A model generated the notes under the pieces. The model was given only the letters and a program-made list of their open reading frames with translations, had not been told where the DNA came from and made no database searches. This document shows, in pieces, positions 38,895 to 50,896 of a stretch of 64,000 nucleotides of DNA. Both the position numbers and the translations under genes were made by a program. This stretch comes from Rotaria socialis (taxonomy: Eukaryota): contig CAJNYD010000058.1 in the NCBI GenBank assembly GCA_905331295.1, forward strand, positions 186,001 through 250,000, in the 5' to 3' direction. The number at the start of each line of letters is the position of its first letter. The stretch's first letter is position 1.

Positions 38895-41160
38895 TTAGCA
38901 ATGTTTTTTGGTTTTGTCAACATCGTATGTTACAAGAGTTTTGTATAATGGATACTGTACTATATCGCAGAAAACTCGATTTTCTGCAACAGTTCGTTGA
39001 ATATGTTTGTATAGTTCTAGTTGTGACTCAAAATTGATTATAGAATGAATGCCATAACGATGAACAATAACAGGTACACTTGCAAATAGACTAGTATTAT
39101 TCAAGTAGATCTATATTAAAGAAAAGAAATAATGCAAAATATTTTGATAATTAAAAAAAACAGATTATGTTCACACAACGCTATTGGTGCAATAACTACA
39201 TTGTCTCAACAGGAAAAGAATTATCATATCCGAGATGACATATCATCAGTCAATTAGGTGGACTCAACATTCCACTCTTAAACTTCAATCTGGATTATGC
39301 TCAAGCGTATGAAAAACATTGAGGAAACGTTTTCTATTGAGAGCAATCTTTGCTGATAATTTCTTATTGAAACAATTTTCCAAACAATTAAATTGATCTT
39401 AAAGATGTAAACAGTGATTTTAATACATATATGATTTGATAAAGATTAACTATTATACACAGTCTCTTAATACATTCAGTTTGAAACTCTGCTAACAGAT
39501 TAAGTTTGTTGAAATGTCAAGATTTCAATTAGTATTCTAGTTTCGAAAATTCATTGAGCAAATGAGATTCTATTAACCCAATAAGAGATTTCCAATAGCT
39601 GGTTTTTTTTCTAAATTGTTTTTATATTCATTCCTTATTCGTAACCTGTTTTGTGAATTGTTGTTGGAAAAATGGCTGAATATAAGCCGATAAAATAAGC
39701 ATTTCTTGTGAATTACTCATAATAGAACGAGTGATTTCACATAAATTCATGCCCAACGTATACTCATATGATCGATGATATAATATTTGTAGACAATGCC
39801 ATCCATTCAAATGCTTAATAACCTCATCTTGAATTAGCTGGCGAAAATTTCGTTGTGATTCGATTGGGTTTGTTGTATTGTTCGAGACGGATGATTCAAG
39901 TGTTTGATGATGTTTTTCTCTTGTTTTGCTTATTTTACGGTTAGTTTTGATTGATTGAAGAAAGGTACTTGAACAATGCCATTGCAGAATTCGATCAGAT
40001 ATATTCCCATTGAAATGCGAAATAGATTGATGTTTCTTCGAAGCATCAGGAGTCATTTTTTTCTCATGATTAGGAGTATTTTTTCGAATTTTTTTCATAT
40101 TCAGATGCGACGATGTGTTTACTAAGTGTCTATAGAAAACATATTTCATCATGGAACAACAAAAGAAGAATCAGTATACTCTACTTATGTTTCTTTATTT
40201 TTTCATCTGTCTTAATTGAGCTTGAATTTATCGTTTGAAATTTTTCTTGTTGTGCATTGTTGCTCGTCGAAGGTTCAATAAAATTCTCTTGTATTTTTCT
40301 ACTTTCATCATTAGTCAATTTTATACATTGACCTTTTATAGTAATACTAGGCCAATAAGGTTCGATTGATTCATGAAGATTTTTCAATGTAAAACCAGTA
40401 ATATTTTTACTTGGTATATCAAGTAATTTGCCAATAGCATATCGCAGTCGATGATTGTAAATATTGGAACTCAATCCACATACTTGTCCAGCATGAAAAT
40501 GATTAGTGCCTAATGATTTCACAACTAAAGAATTGTAATCATATGGGGAGACACCTAAACGTATCGAAATATAATGGTATAAATCAAATCCGAAACTATT
40601 GACGAGTACTGAACGTAACTATCAAGAAAGCAGCATTTGGATTTGTCATGAGTAGACGTAAAATGACTGATGGATTACCATGAAGAGTGTCAATCAACTT
40701 CTGAGCTTTTTCTCGTAACGATATTGAAAATGTTTTGTCATTTTGTTTTATATTTGTATAATTGTTATGCATTTCTGTCATAAGAACAACATCCGATCTA
40801 GACGTATGTGCAATATCTGATGTATATATGAGATTGACTGTACGAGAACTAGGACAAAGTTGAAATGCACAAGCGAGCTTTCATAAAATAAAATGTTAAA
40901 AGTAGAATTTTCTATCAAAAATAATTATATTGTCGACATACATCATGAAAGCACATTTTCATCTGTTTATTATAAGATTGATCGAAAACAACAATTTCAC
41001 TGACATAACGTCTTATAGCCATGGTAAGTGCACATACAAATGCAGATCGATCTGTTCCCAAAATCGTGACTTTTGCTTGAGGCTTTGTTGGATATGACAT
41101 TAGTTGTTTGCTCATTGAAAACGTTTCCTTTACATTTGAATAAATATTCATATTTTTCAT
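38895..41160 (-). CDS. Divergent lactate/malate dehydrogenase-fold protein, probably non-catalytic, multi-exon
   Basis: KVTILGTDRSAFVCALTMAIRRYVSEIVVFD (Rossmann strand-helix-strand), SDVVLMT, FLIVTFSVSPYD, VCGLSSNIYNHRLRYAIGKLLDI, PYWPSITIKG, TLGMNLCEITRSIMSN, LFASVPVIVHRYGIHSII follow LDH motif order; spliced via GT-AG introns; start could be 41160 or the MSKQ Met slightly downstream. Confidence 0.7.
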
Positions 41161-41265
41161 ATTCTGTGTGTGTTGTTTCGTTTTGTTTAAATTTATAGGA
41201 AAATGTTTTTCAAATTTTTTTATCGTATAGTATAAATGAAAAGAAAATAGGAGTTTCTTGATGAT

Positions 41266-41279
41266 ATTGTCTTAGTAAC
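41266..41279. promoter_or_regulatory. Candidate RFX X-box upstream of the LDH-like gene
   Basis: Minus strand GTTACTAAGACAAT, ~105 bp upstream of ATG 41160. Confidence 0.45.
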
Positions 41280-42065
41280 TTTGTATCGAATATGATGTAC
41301 AATAAGCGGGATATTAGAAGATATCAAACTAATTTAATCTTAAAAACCAAACTTGTCAGGATAGTTCTGAAAGAGACCAAAGCATGAAACACAAATTTTG
41401 ATGTTAATAAGTTCTTGCCAGAAATTTTATAATAATTTATTTAGATCAATACCAAATAAATGAATAAATAAATCGAAATTATAATAATTTATATGTTTCA
41501 TTGGTATAGTCAGAAATTTTATTATTACGAAAACATTTATATTTAGAATTATTTTTTTTACAATTTCTTACATTCAATCAATACTGTTCAATTACTATAC
41601 ATATTGACTTATTCATTCAGTAGACTACCACACACAGAATCATTCTTCTCTCTTTCTCTAACAACTTCGTCATATCTTCAAGAATTTTGTCAAAATTCAG
41701 AATTAGTTTAGTTTGCAATTTTCTATGTTCATCTTATTCTAATTTTACTAATAATATTTATGAGCCTTTTTTTTCGTTGTCAACAAAATCTTATCAATAA
41801 TAGCTAGCTTTTATTTGTTCATCTGTGTTGCTGTGACACATGCTCAAAACCTTTTACTTTCTCCCTCACCCCTTCCGGTTTCTAGGCCTACAAACCGTAA
41901 AAACCTAGGGTTGAATTTACTCACGGTTATCTTCTTCGAAAATATATGCGAGTTCGACACATAAGAACAATACCGCTCAAACGTTTTAGTTTATATACAG
42001 ACAACTTTTGTTTTTTATAACATGTTATATCTCATATGTTGAATTCAAGTTTATAATGCTATTGA

Positions 42066-42923
42066 TTAATTCTTATTATAAATATAATAATCATCAGTAT
42101 TATCATCATCATCATCAGTATCAGTATCTTGTTCCATTGTTAATTTTCGAATAGGATTTCGTTTATAGATCTTAATTTCCTGTATAAAATTATGATTCAA
42201 ATATGGATTAGGTGATTCATCATATTCGTTATTCACATCTGAAATAATATGAAATGGTGTTGTCGGTGGATCAGCTGGTATGGGCCGTTCTAATATTTGC
42301 TCTAGATGATTCCATGCATCAACTTTATCCCAACGATCCAATTTCAAATAAGCCTTCTGATGATTTAAAATGCAAGCTGGGCGAGTACATTTCGTATGTG
42401 TACTTGATAATGTACCGCGAGTAATTGAATGTAAACTAAATTGGTTGGAAGAAAACGCTGTTGAACTGTTCTCGAAATCATTATTGATTTCATCTTCAAT
42501 ACTGACTAATCCTTTATCTCGCGAGTGTCGAGTATCAGATTTAATCTTCACACGTGTTCTTATTGGAGCCGATGAGGATAAAACAGCGAGACCATTGAAT
42601 GCTGATTTATTTTTTACATGATGTAGCTCACGATTTCTATTATAATTTAATTGATGACGCGTGTCACTGTCTAACGTTGGAAAAGAATTATTAGAAGCAC
42701 TTTTAAGTGATTGTTGTTGTTGTTGTTGTTTTGAATATGGAGTTAATGTTAACGGATGAAGATAGATACGTCGAGTAAGAATATGTGCATTTGTTGGTGA
42801 TAGTTGTGATTGATATGATGATAATGATGGTGGTGGATGACGGAAATCATGAAACGATCGGCATAATTCAAGTAATGTTAATGTTTTTGGTTTTATCGGA
42901 TAACGTGATGTCGCAGACGCCAT
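42066..42923 (-). CDS. Uncharacterised 285-aa single-exon protein, mostly low complexity, acidic C-terminus
   Basis: Long uninterrupted ORF in AT-rich DNA, acceptor-like ttttttgctag just upstream of ATG; no recognised domain. Confidence 0.7.
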   Translation of the reverse strand: MASATSRYPIKPKTLTLLELCRSFHDFRHPPPSLSSYQSQLSPTNAHILTRRIYLHPLTLTPYSKQQQQQQSLKSASNNSFPTLDSDTRHQLNYNRNRELHHVKNKSAFNGLAVLSSSAPIRTRVKIKSDTRHSRDKGLVSIEDEINNDFENSSTAFSSNQFSLHSITRGTLSSTHTKCTRPACILNHQKAYLKLDRWDKVDAWNHLEQILERPIPADPPTTPFHIISDVNNEYDESPNPYLNHNFIQEIKIYKRNPIRKLTMEQDTDTDDDDDNTDDYYIYNKN

Positions 42924-43476
42924 ATATACCTAGCAAAAAAGAATCAAAAGAAAATGAATCTTTATTCTTTAAAATAGTTGAATTTTATTTTGTTTCGAAA
43001 TTTTCTATGTAGAATAAAAATGAAAATCATGCTGTGTATGTTTGTAGTATGGATCATATTGATCTGTCGAACTCGTTGCTGCATGATGTCAATGAGTATT
43101 ATTGTAGCTATTTTTGACAAGAATTATTGAAGCCATATTAATTATCTTCGCCATATTATATTATTTTATATGTTGATAATAAAGTAAAAACAATCAAAAT
43201 AATATCATTGTTACCTTTCAATTTGAGTGAATGTTTTATAAGATATATGTAGAAAAAATATGCGACAGCAACAATAATATCATTAATATGTCAAATGAAA
43301 TTTATTGAGTGTTCGTTATTTACCAAGAAGAAAAATGTTTGAAAACTTCAAGTGTCTGCTCTTTTCTTTTGTTCTATTCATGTTTTAGATAGAATACGAA
43401 AAAAAGGCATAGAAAATTATTTTTGTTATTGCTTTCATGATGCTGTTTTCAGACATCATAAAATGTCTCTTTTAAC

Positions 43477-44055
43477 TTATTTTAATGTCCTTAATTGAGT
43501 AAACTTCAATTTGATACAATTAAATATCATTGCAATCATACCACCAAAAATAATAATTGAAAAAATAAAACCAATTAGAAAATATACAAAATATGAAGAT
43601 GATGCATTGATCTGATTAACTCGATTCGTGTTCATATGACTTTTACCAAGTTTAACTATTGGTTTAAGCCAATGTCTAACTAGTTCAATAGTTTCATTCG
43701 TTGATAAACATTGACAAATATTTTTCCTTGTAGTGTACGTGGACGAATATTTACAATAATGTCTTAGTTCAATCTTTGCTATTTCTTTAGAACATTTATC
43801 TAATCTACTGGAATTGTATAGAAAAAAATTTGATCTTGCACAATGTGAACAAATAAATCCTTTGGTTGCATGTTTATGTTCAATTTGTAGATAATTATTA
43901 TATTGAGGTATTAAATGTAAATTTGGATTTAGATTAAGTGATGTTGGCGTACATTGTTTTATATGAAAAAATGAATAATTAGAAAATTTCGAATCCAAAC
44001 ATATAATTGCCGTGCAAACAAGTAATTTTGAACAAGATAATTGAGAGTACCGCAT
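43477..44055 (-). CDS. Uncharacterised Cys-rich single-pass membrane protein (192 aa)
   Basis: Several Cys in the N-terminal two-thirds; hydrophobic segment YFVYFLIGFIFSIIIFGGMIAMIF followed by a short basic tail. Confidence 0.6.
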   Translation of the reverse strand: MRYSQLSCSKLLVCTAIICLDSKFSNYSFFHIKQCTPTSLNLNPNLHLIPQYNNYLQIEHKHATKGFICSHCARSNFFLYNSSRLDKCSKEIAKIELRHYCKYSSTYTTRKNICQCLSTNETIELVRHWLKPIVKLGKSHMNTNRVNQINASSSYFVYFLIGFIFSIIIFGGMIAMIFNCIKLKFTQLRTLK

Positions 44056-44322
44056 AAAGAAATTGAGAGAGATTTAAAATGAATAAACACTTGGCGAAAA
44101 CGCGCTTATAGAACAAAAAAGAAAAAAACGATTTTTCAATAATACTAATCTATAAGTAGAATAGAAACTAAGAATCGTATGATGTCGCTTGAGAACGTAT
44201 TAAGTATAAGGTGTTAACAATCCATTGGCCATTTTTTATTTTTGTGTAGTTTTTCAAAATTTCTTTTGGTTGTTATTTAATTTCTAGGTTCCAAAAGTCA
44301 ACTTTTATTTATTTATTGTTAT

Positions 44323-47300
44323 ATGATCTTTAAACAATCAATGACGCCAAAGTTAATATCAAAATTGAACAAGACAATCATTACATCTACAGCAGCTGTT
44401 AATGAGCTTGCACAAGAACTTGAATCATCATTACATTGTTCAAATTCGTCTTCTCAATCATCATGTCTTCCTCGTTCGAAAGTAAAATCACGAAAATTTC
44501 GGCATAAATTACCTCATTCGAATATTCTTGCTAAATTATTTATAATAAATAAAAAATCTAATGAACAAGAAGGTGGAATTTATTCTACACCAGTTGTTAA
44601 ATCAATTGTACTTGGAAAACATGAAGCATTTATTAATCAAATGCCAAAAACGATGTCTACATCAGATGATTTATCATATTATTTTATAAAAACTAATCTT
44701 CAACCACAAATGCAACATCGAATGATATCACTAATTTCTGATCCATTTTCTGATAAAGTAAGACTATAATAAAATTCTTGAAAAAAACAAAAAAAACACA
44801 AACAATCTCTATTTATTATTAGATGAACCGTATGGAAACGTCAAGACAACTAAAAATCAATCTTCTTCGTATTAATCATATTCATTTAAATAGTCGTCTA
44901 CCAGTAAAAATAATTTCTACACCAATATGGACTCGCTGTGCTGTACATGTTGTTATACAAGATGAAAACTCACATTGTCTTCGTTTATCAATTTACAATT
45001 GGTCCTATGTTATGAATACAAGACAAATAAAATCCTATAATTATATTCAAGAATGTTTAGCACGTCTTTTACCAATAAATTCATGTATCGTTGTATTAGA
45101 TCCATGGTTAAAAATGTGTCATGATGGTCAAATAGCATTGCGCTGTGAATCACCCAATACACGTTTACTAATGCTTGATTTTGAAACACGTTGTTCAACA
45201 GGTACTCGAATAAATGTTGAACAGTTACGTCAATGGGGTAATTTATGTTATCAAGCTGATGATAATCTTGGAGCTATTGAATTTTATACCTATGGTTTAA
45301 GGCAAATTGATGAACAACAAGAAAAAGAATTAGAGTGCAATGGAAAATCAGGTATAAACAAATTCTTTCGTTTCTTTATTGCAGAAAGAATAAATAAATG
45401 GCGAATGTCTGGGATCTTCTTTTCTATAATGGCATTTTCTTCTTTGTTTTCTGCTATCGAGTATTACCCTTAGACCAACGTAACCTTTATCAAGCAGTAG
45501 AACTTCGTTGTATCCGATGGTATCAAGAGAATTGTATGATATCATATTTATGCGACGTTGCCTTGTTAAAGTCGACTGATCATTTCCATTTCATGATTGC
45601 ATATAACTCAATTTTAGCTACTTATACAGCAAATTGCATTCAAATTTGCATAGATTTAGTTATTTGATTTAAAATTTGATGAAAAAAGTTTTGATGAGTG
45701 TAGGATTCAATAATGCAATAAATATGTGAATCAACTGAGATACTACAGCATTATTCTATATTATTATTTTCAAATAAACTTAGAGAATAGTTTATATTTT
45801 ATTTTCTTGTGTTGCTAGTGAGTTCAAAAACGGAAGAATGTGAACAACATCGCATTCGTCTTTTATCAAATCGATGTGCCTGTTATTTACGTGAACGACA
45901 CGCAGCTTTAGCTTTGGCAGACACAAGTATTCTTCTATCCATAAATGAATTATCAAATGCACTTGCATTACCAAAAACAACTGCTGGCAAACTTCTTTTT
46001 CGTTGTCTTAGTGCTCATCTACATTTAGGTCTGTTTGATAAAGTTGAAAGTCTTATTAAATCGCATAAGCTTACAATCGGTTTAACCGGTGGAGAAAATG
46101 TAGCAGCCATCACTTTACTTGAACGAGAATTAGCAAGACTTCGTGATGAGAATATCAAAGGACGATATGATCTACAAGGAATGTTAGGTGAACAAATATC
46201 ATTTCATAAAAATGAGAAACCATCTCTCATGTTTATTGATTTATCACATTATCACGCTGAATGTAATCGAAACGATCTTTTCGAAGTACGGCCATGCCGA
46301 GTATGTATGAAACCAAAATAAAAAGATCCAACAAAAATAATTTTTGTTTATATAGCCAGAAGAAATAACTAGAAATGGATATCCGAAAAATTCTTATGGC
46401 ATTTATGCTTTAAAAAACATTGAACCAGGTACTCTATTAGTTGTTGAGCAACCATTTGCTAGTATTGATAATCGTGTGATCGGTGAACAACGTTGTCATC
46501 CAATTCATTTTTGGCCAAAAAATGAGAAAATTTCTATTATTGATTATTGTAATGATGATATATTACGGTTGTTAAATGAAGTTGAAAAGCAATTATTAAT
46601 TGGTAATACTAGTTGGATAACATTTGATAAAATAAAATTGATGCAACCTATTCGACAATGGTTAATTGAAACAAAACATAAAAATGTATCAGAGAAAGTG
46701 GAAAATAATGAAATATCTGATTCATTAGGTGATAGTCAAATACCATCTTCGTTCAAAAAACATTGGCAACAACGATTTTCAAAGTATATTAATGTTTTGT
46801 TCTTAATAATTTTCCTTATTGAATAATCTCTAACGTGTTCTAGAGCACTTTTTAAAGCTCTAATTTAAAAGATAAATTTTCAATTCTATTAATAATTGTG
46901 GTGTGCTGGCAATCATCTTCATGAAAATATCAGAGTGAATAGGAAGATATTGCGTCTGTAAATGTTAATGGACATCTAACAAGTCATAAATATGTTATAC
47001 CTAAATTAAATAGAATACAACAGAAAAGTATATTAGTATGTATAAAGTACCCTATGAGTATTATCTCATTCGTAGTGTAGCAACGGTTTATCCTTCATGC
47101 TGATTAGTATTTAGATGATGACAAAGAATAGAGAAATATTTTTAACAAAAATACTGAGTGTAAGTTTGTTAGCGCTCAGAGCTCGCGAAGAGCAAGGAAC
47201 ACTTTAAACGTGTGTTTTATTGTTTCTCTGTTTATTGTTTGAGAAAATAAATGTTTATATACGCACACGAAAACAGAGACAAGGAAATAGACGGAAACGG

Positions 47301-48638
47301 AGAGAGAAACGAAAAGAGAATAGATCGAATCGAGATAGCTATACATTACAGTAGAACACACTGTAACAAAGTGGTAATCAAGACTTTTGTATTTTTCTCT
47401 GTTAAAGGTGAGAAATAAATGTGTATGCTTTCTCCAGCAAACAAACGAGAATGAGATCATCGATTATTCAACTAAAACTTTTCAAGTAGATTAAAAAACA
47501 GATGGATAATTATTTTTTCTTTTGCTTGATACAATATGATTTTATCAATAAAATAATCTTAATCTCAAGTTTTTGAAATATATTTAGACACTTAACACCT
47601 CCAACATCATATATCCCATGGCGTACTCTCTTTGAAACTCAACAACAAAATCCATTCCGTTCGAAATCAACAGTTGGCTGGTATCCACTTGGTTCAATGT
47701 TTAATCATTCTTGTTCACCAAATTGTTTATGGTATCTTATTGGTGATTATCTATTTATCTATGTTTGTGCGTCTAATATTCGATGTGGTGATGAATTAAC
47801 AATATCCTATTGTCCATTATGGATATCATCATTAAATGAACGTACATCTCAATTACGTCAATTCGGTATTACATCGTGTCGTTGTTTGCTTTGTTCCTAT
47901 GATCGTTCTAATATGCCTCAATACGAAAATGAATTAAAAATATTTTCTAATTTACGTGCACTATCTAGACAAAAAAATCTTTCACGATCAAAACGTTTTA
48001 ATTATTTAAAAAAATTGAAAGAGATTTATGAATTTATAAAAAAGAAATTTCGACAACGTTCAATTGGTTTCATCAATGAATTTGTTGATTTAGAAAATCT
48101 GTCACATTATTTTCAACATAAATGCGATGAAAATAATCATGATGATATTGATGAAATTGAAATTGAAACATTTTTAAACGAACAAGAATCATCATTTCTT
48201 CAACGTTTATCACGTGTTTGTCGTTTGACAATAAAAGATTTACCTAAAATTGGTAATCCGATGTCGCTCTTTGGAACGCATATGCAAGTATGTCTATGAA
48301 TTCAATTCGTTTCTTTTTTCAGGAATAAAAAAAGTTAGTGGCCAGAATAAATCATATTCTATATTTTAAATGTTAAAGAATAGAATATTTCGTACAAATA
48401 ATGTTTTTTTTCTGAATACTTTTAGCTACTTGCCTATCATCTTGAACGAAGTTCTACACGTGAGCATACACGTGAGTTAGAACAATGGAATCGTTTACTT
48501 GAATGTCTTTATGAAATATATACATTTAAATGTCATACATCAACAAGTAATATGAAAAAAATATTAAATGATCATGACCAATTATTTACATGTCTGTTAC
48601 AAACACAAACGTTTTTACAAAATCCATCTATTCTATGA
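44323..48638 (+). CDS. TPR + SET domain protein (putative lysine methyltransferase), multi-exon
   Basis: TPR-like EQLRQWGNLCYQADDNLGAIEFYTYGL and LLSNRCACYL; SET-N YGIYALKNIEPGTLLVVEQPFA; SET-C GSMFNHSCSPNC, ELTISY, post-SET CRCLLC; stop TGA 48636-48638. Confidence 0.85.
47167..47368 (-). mobile_element. Solo LTR (202 bp) in an intron of the TPR-SET gene, antisense to the host
   Basis: TGTTA...TAACA termini; flanks aagtt / aagtg (4/5 TSD match); minus strand has pyrimidine tract, TATATAAA and two AATAAA. Confidence 0.8.
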
Positions 48639-49727
48639 TAAAAGAACTTTTACGTAGCTTAAAAGCATTGTACATAACAGTAATTTATTTCGTTTGATAC
48701 TTCTTAGCTATCTTTCTTTCACATTTATTTTCTTTTTCTTTTGATTTCATAGTACTGTATTATATATTTCATATGTATATTATATTGTAAGTGAAACTAC
48801 AAAAAAAAGAGATTATACTTGTTAAGTTTTTCGTTTTGTTTGTGTATTTTTGTTATACGAAAAAAACTTTTTTTTTTCGCGTTGATAAGTAGTTTAATTT
48901 AACTGAGGAGAAAAAGAGAAAAGAAATAAATTTAATTGAATCCTTCGGCTAGTATGTTATGTCCATCTGCATGAAAGTTATATAGAATAATTTGAAAGGA
49001 TAACATTCCATCGTATAAATAGTCATGTATTTGTTTTCCTGCGATATTAATCTCTTGTAATATTTTATGATAAATGATCAATATTGCAGTGATTATAGCT
49101 TATTTTTATTCATCGAACGTATCGTATTTTCAAACCAACCAATCATTTCTAACAAGTTCTTGGCAGTACTACTATATTTGAGGTTGACATTGGAATATTA
49201 AATAAGTTAATCATTGAGAATTCGTTGCATTTTATCCTATTCTAGGTTGTCAAAATTGCTGAATAGGTAGATAGTACTACTTGAGAATATAAAACACATC
49301 GCATTACAACTCGTTATATATTTTTTGACTATGCATCATAACGAAGAATTGATAAAAGAAAACAAAATGCCCCTCTTTGCATTTTTGTTGTATGGAATTT
49401 CCCAAACTTTTGTTAGCTAATTCAAGTCTTACTGATGGTAAGAATGTCGTTCTTTATTATGTTTTAGTTTTTTGTTTTCGATTATGATTTATTTATTTCA
49501 CCTAATGCAACACCGAACAGTAGCAATAATAATAAAGATTCCATGAGCAAATGCATGAATTTTACTGTTGAAATTTTTCTTCGGTTTTCAATCAAGATTC
49601 TTTTATTCTATATTAATATTTATCAAAATTATAATTTTTATTTTTTATAACACAAAATGAAAAAATAAGTATACTAACTGATTAGAATTAAATAAAAATA
49701 GAAAAGAACAAATATTCTATTGTGTAA

Positions 49728-50896
49728 TTAATTATTTGATGTTTGTAACTTGCCAGCATAAATGAGTTTAAGAGCTACCCAAATTTTATAATAATCATTA
49801 AATGAACTTTGTCCTGTATGAAGACCAGTTGAACAGATAATAACCGGTGTAGGAGGAGATGATAGTACTTTTTCATTATTCTCTCGAATTAATGCTATAC
49901 ATTCATCAGTTGTACCTTGATGAAATGTAAATGGAAGAGTGTCACAAATAAAATTAAGATTGGCAGGCATCATGCCAGTTATAAATATATCAGAAAAACG
50001 AAATGGACGTTGAATTCGAAACGCTTCTTTTGTAAGTGCATTTCTCGTTTTAGAATTCATCAAATAACCAAAACCTTAATCAAAGAAAAAGAATTGTAAT
50101 ATTATATGTCAACATGACAATAATAATAATATAAGAAAAACAAACCAGAACAATAACGTGGATACAATTCATTTGGATATTCTTGATATGTAACATAGTA
50201 TTGTGAATTGGTTAAAGTTCTTTCTGGGCGACCAGGTATAAATGACCAGCCAAATAGAAATTCAGATGTGCCCGAATTTATTTGAGCATTAAAAAGCGAA
50301 TCTAATGAAACATTATATAAATATCGATTTTTCGTATCATTTGGTCTAGTTTTAAGTTCTCGCACAAGTTCATGTAAAAGAATTGAATTTACGAAAAGAT
50401 CATCTTCAGTTTTAAATATATATACTGCAGTCGAACAATATTGTTCTAGCCAACGATAAGCATGTAATTCTTTAAGTGTAACCGAATGGTCATCAATAGT
50501 TAAGTAAAGTAAATCTTGTTCATGTATGGCTTCATTTGATAGTTCTTTATACAAATTCCCACCAGGTTGATAGCCAATAACAAAGAGATGTTGTGAATGT
50601 ATACCAAACACATCAGACATTGAACCCCATGTTTCACGAATTGATTGTCGTTGAAGAAAGTGTGCACGTACGGAAATAATTAGAAAGACAAGATTAATTT
50701 CATCTACAGAACATATTTGTCTATTTTCCATCATAGGCGATGACATTTTAATCGCATTTTTATAAGCTAATTCTTCAGCTGAATCATGTCGAAATCGAAT
50801 AGTAAAATTTGATGAAGTCAGCACATACCATCCAATATAGAATAATAGTAAAACACTTAAAAAAAGACATACGCGATCACTACAATTTCGACGCAT
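49728..50896 (-). CDS. Beta-1,3-galactosyltransferase-like (GT31, Galactosyl_T), two exons, type II membrane protein
   Basis: TM CLFLSVLLLFYIGWYVL; RQSIRETWG, LFVIG, TLKELHAYRW, KTEDDLFVN, YPRYCSG|FGYLM across intron 50075-50145; likely start MRRNCS at 50896 (ORF is open to 51148). Confidence 0.88.
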
